Below, piece by piece: positions 62,301 through 64,000 of a stretch of 64,000 nucleotides of DNA (the first letter of the stretch is position 1; each line of letters begins with the position of its first letter). The DNA is taken from contig OZ024745.1 in the NCBI GenBank assembly GCA_964016885.1, positions 8,494,001 through 8,558,000 of the forward strand, read 5' to 3'. The notes beneath the pieces were generated by a model that worked only from the letters and a program-made list of their open reading frames with translations, was not told the DNA's origin and did no database searches. The position numbers were made by a program, and so were the translations under genes. The DNA comes from Eledone cirrhosa (Eukaryota).

Positions 62301-64000
62301 GGGTAGTGTTGGTTTCAGGACATTCTAAGGTGGGTGGGGTAGTGTTGGCTACAGGACATTTTAGGGTAGGTGGGGTAGTATTGGCTACAAGACAGTCTAA
62401 TGTGGGTGGGGTAGTGTTGGCTACAGGACAGTCTACGGTGGGGTGGGGTAGTGTTGGCTACAAGACATTCTAAGGTGGGTGAGGTAGTGTTGGCTACAGG
62501 ACAGTCTAGGATGTGTGGGGTAGTGTTGACCACAGGACAGTCTAGGGTTGGTGGGGTAGTGTTGGCTACAGGACAGTCTAGGGTGGGTGAGGTAGTGTTG
62601 GCTACAGGACAGTCTAGGATGGGTGGGGTAGTGTTGGCTACAGGACAGTGTAGGATGGGTGGGGTAGTGTTGGCTACAGGACATTATAAGGTGGGTGGGG
62701 TAGTGTTGGCTACAGGATAGTCTAGGGTGGGTGGGGTAGTGTTGGCTTCAGGACAGTCTAGAGTGGGTGGGGTAGTGTTGGCTACAGGACCATCTAGGGT
62801 GGGTGGGGTAGTGTTGGCTACAGGACAGTCTAAGGAAGGTGGGGTAGTGTTGGCTACAGGACAGTCTAGGGAGGGTGGGGTAGTGTTGGCTACAGGACAG
62901 TATAGGTTGGGTGGGGTAGTGTTGGCTACAGGACAGTCTAGGGTGGGGTAGTGTTGGCTACAGAACAGTCTAGGGTGGGTGGGGCAGTGTTGACTACAGG
63001 ACAGTCTAGGGTGGGGTAGGGTATTGTTGGCTACAGGACAGTCTAGGGTGGGGTAGTGTTGACTACAGGACAGTCTAAGGTGGGTGGGGCAGTGTTGACT
63101 ACAGGACAGTCTAGGGTGGGGTAGGGTAGTGTTGGCTACAGGACAGTCTAGGGTGGGTGGCGTAGTGTTGACTACGGAACAGTATAGGGTGGGTGGGGTA
63201 GTGTTGGCTACAGGACAGTCTAGGGTGGGTGGGGTAGTGTTGGCTACAGGAAAGTCTAAGGTCGGTGGGGTAGTGTTGGCTACAGGACAGTCTAGGGTGG
63301 GGTAGTGTTGGCTACAGGACAGTCTAAGGTCAGTGGGGTAGTGTTGGCTACCGGACAGTCTAGGGTGGGTGGGGTAGTGTTGGCTACAGGACAGTCTAGG
63401 GTGGGTGGGGTAGTGTTGGCTACAGAAAAGTCTAAGGTCGGTGGGGTAGTGTTGGCTATAGGACAGTCTAAGGTCGGTGGGGTAGTGTTGGCTACAGGAC
63501 AGTCTAAGGTCAGTGGGGTAGTGTTGGCTACAGGACAGTCTAGGGTGGGTGGGGTAGTTTTGGCTGCAGGACAGTCTAGGGTGGGGTGGGGTAGTGTTAG
63601 CTACAGGACAGTCTAGGGTGGTGGGGTAGTGTTGGCTACAGGACATTCTACAGTAGGTGGGTTGTGTTGGCTACAGGACAGTCTAGGGTGGGTGGGGTAG
63701 TGTTGGCTACAGGACAGTCTAGGTGGGTGGGGTAGTTTGGCTACAGGACAGTCTAAGGTTGGTTGGGTAGTGTTGGCTACAGGACAGTCTAAGGTGCGTG
63801 GGGTAGTTTGGCTACAGGAGAGTCTATGGTGGGTGGGATAGTGTTGGCTACAGGACAGTCTAGGTTGGGTGGGGTAGTGTTGGCTACAGGACAGTCTAGG
63901 GTGGGTGGGGTAGTGTTGGCTACAGGACAGTCTAGTGTGGGGTAGTGTTGGCTACCGGACAGTCTAGGGTGGGGTAGTGTTGGCTACAGGACAGTCTAGG
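44310..64000. repeat. G-rich 36-bp satellite array (roughly 550 units), continues past the window end
   Basis: Consensus GGCTACAGGACAGTCTAGGGTGGGTGGGGTAGTGTT with 32-, 35- and 37-bp variants. Confidence 0.98.

Noticed and set aside
44271-63646. Many ORFs (VLATGQSRVGGV, CSQHYPTHPRLS, CPVANTTPPTLD repeats)
   Set aside because: Translation products of a 36-bp satellite; frequent 32/35/37-bp units break the frame.

Overview
Eukaryotic, gene-free, repeat-dominated DNA, most likely from a cephalopod (Octopus-like; inferred from the microsatellite load, the SINE families and the C2H2-bearing RTE). No host protein-coding exon could be supported. 1-19.6 kb: microsatellites, tRNA-derived SINEs and palindromes; a decayed Penelope-like element interrupted by a ~3.15-kb non-autonomous Gypsy-type LTR element whose two LTRs each carry the same SINE; a SINE whose 45-bp head is amplified about 15 times; RTE fragments; and a 5'-truncated R4-clade element. 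19.6-36.5 kb: three head-to-tail Tx1/L1-clade LINEs separated only by (ATT)n tails, mosaic in ORF1 versus ORF2. 36.5-40.2 kb: a nearly intact RTE LINE with C-terminal C2H2 zinc fingers. 40.2-44.0 kb: a full-length but decayed R4/Dong-like RLE retrotransposon on the minus strand, inserted in the (ATGT)n tail of the RTE. 44.3-64 kb: a G-rich 36-bp satellite with kb-scale higher-order duplications, running off the window. The most striking pattern is a chain of retroelements that appear to use the microsatellite 3' tails of other retroelements as landing sites. All alignments and translations were done by eye; no database search was run.
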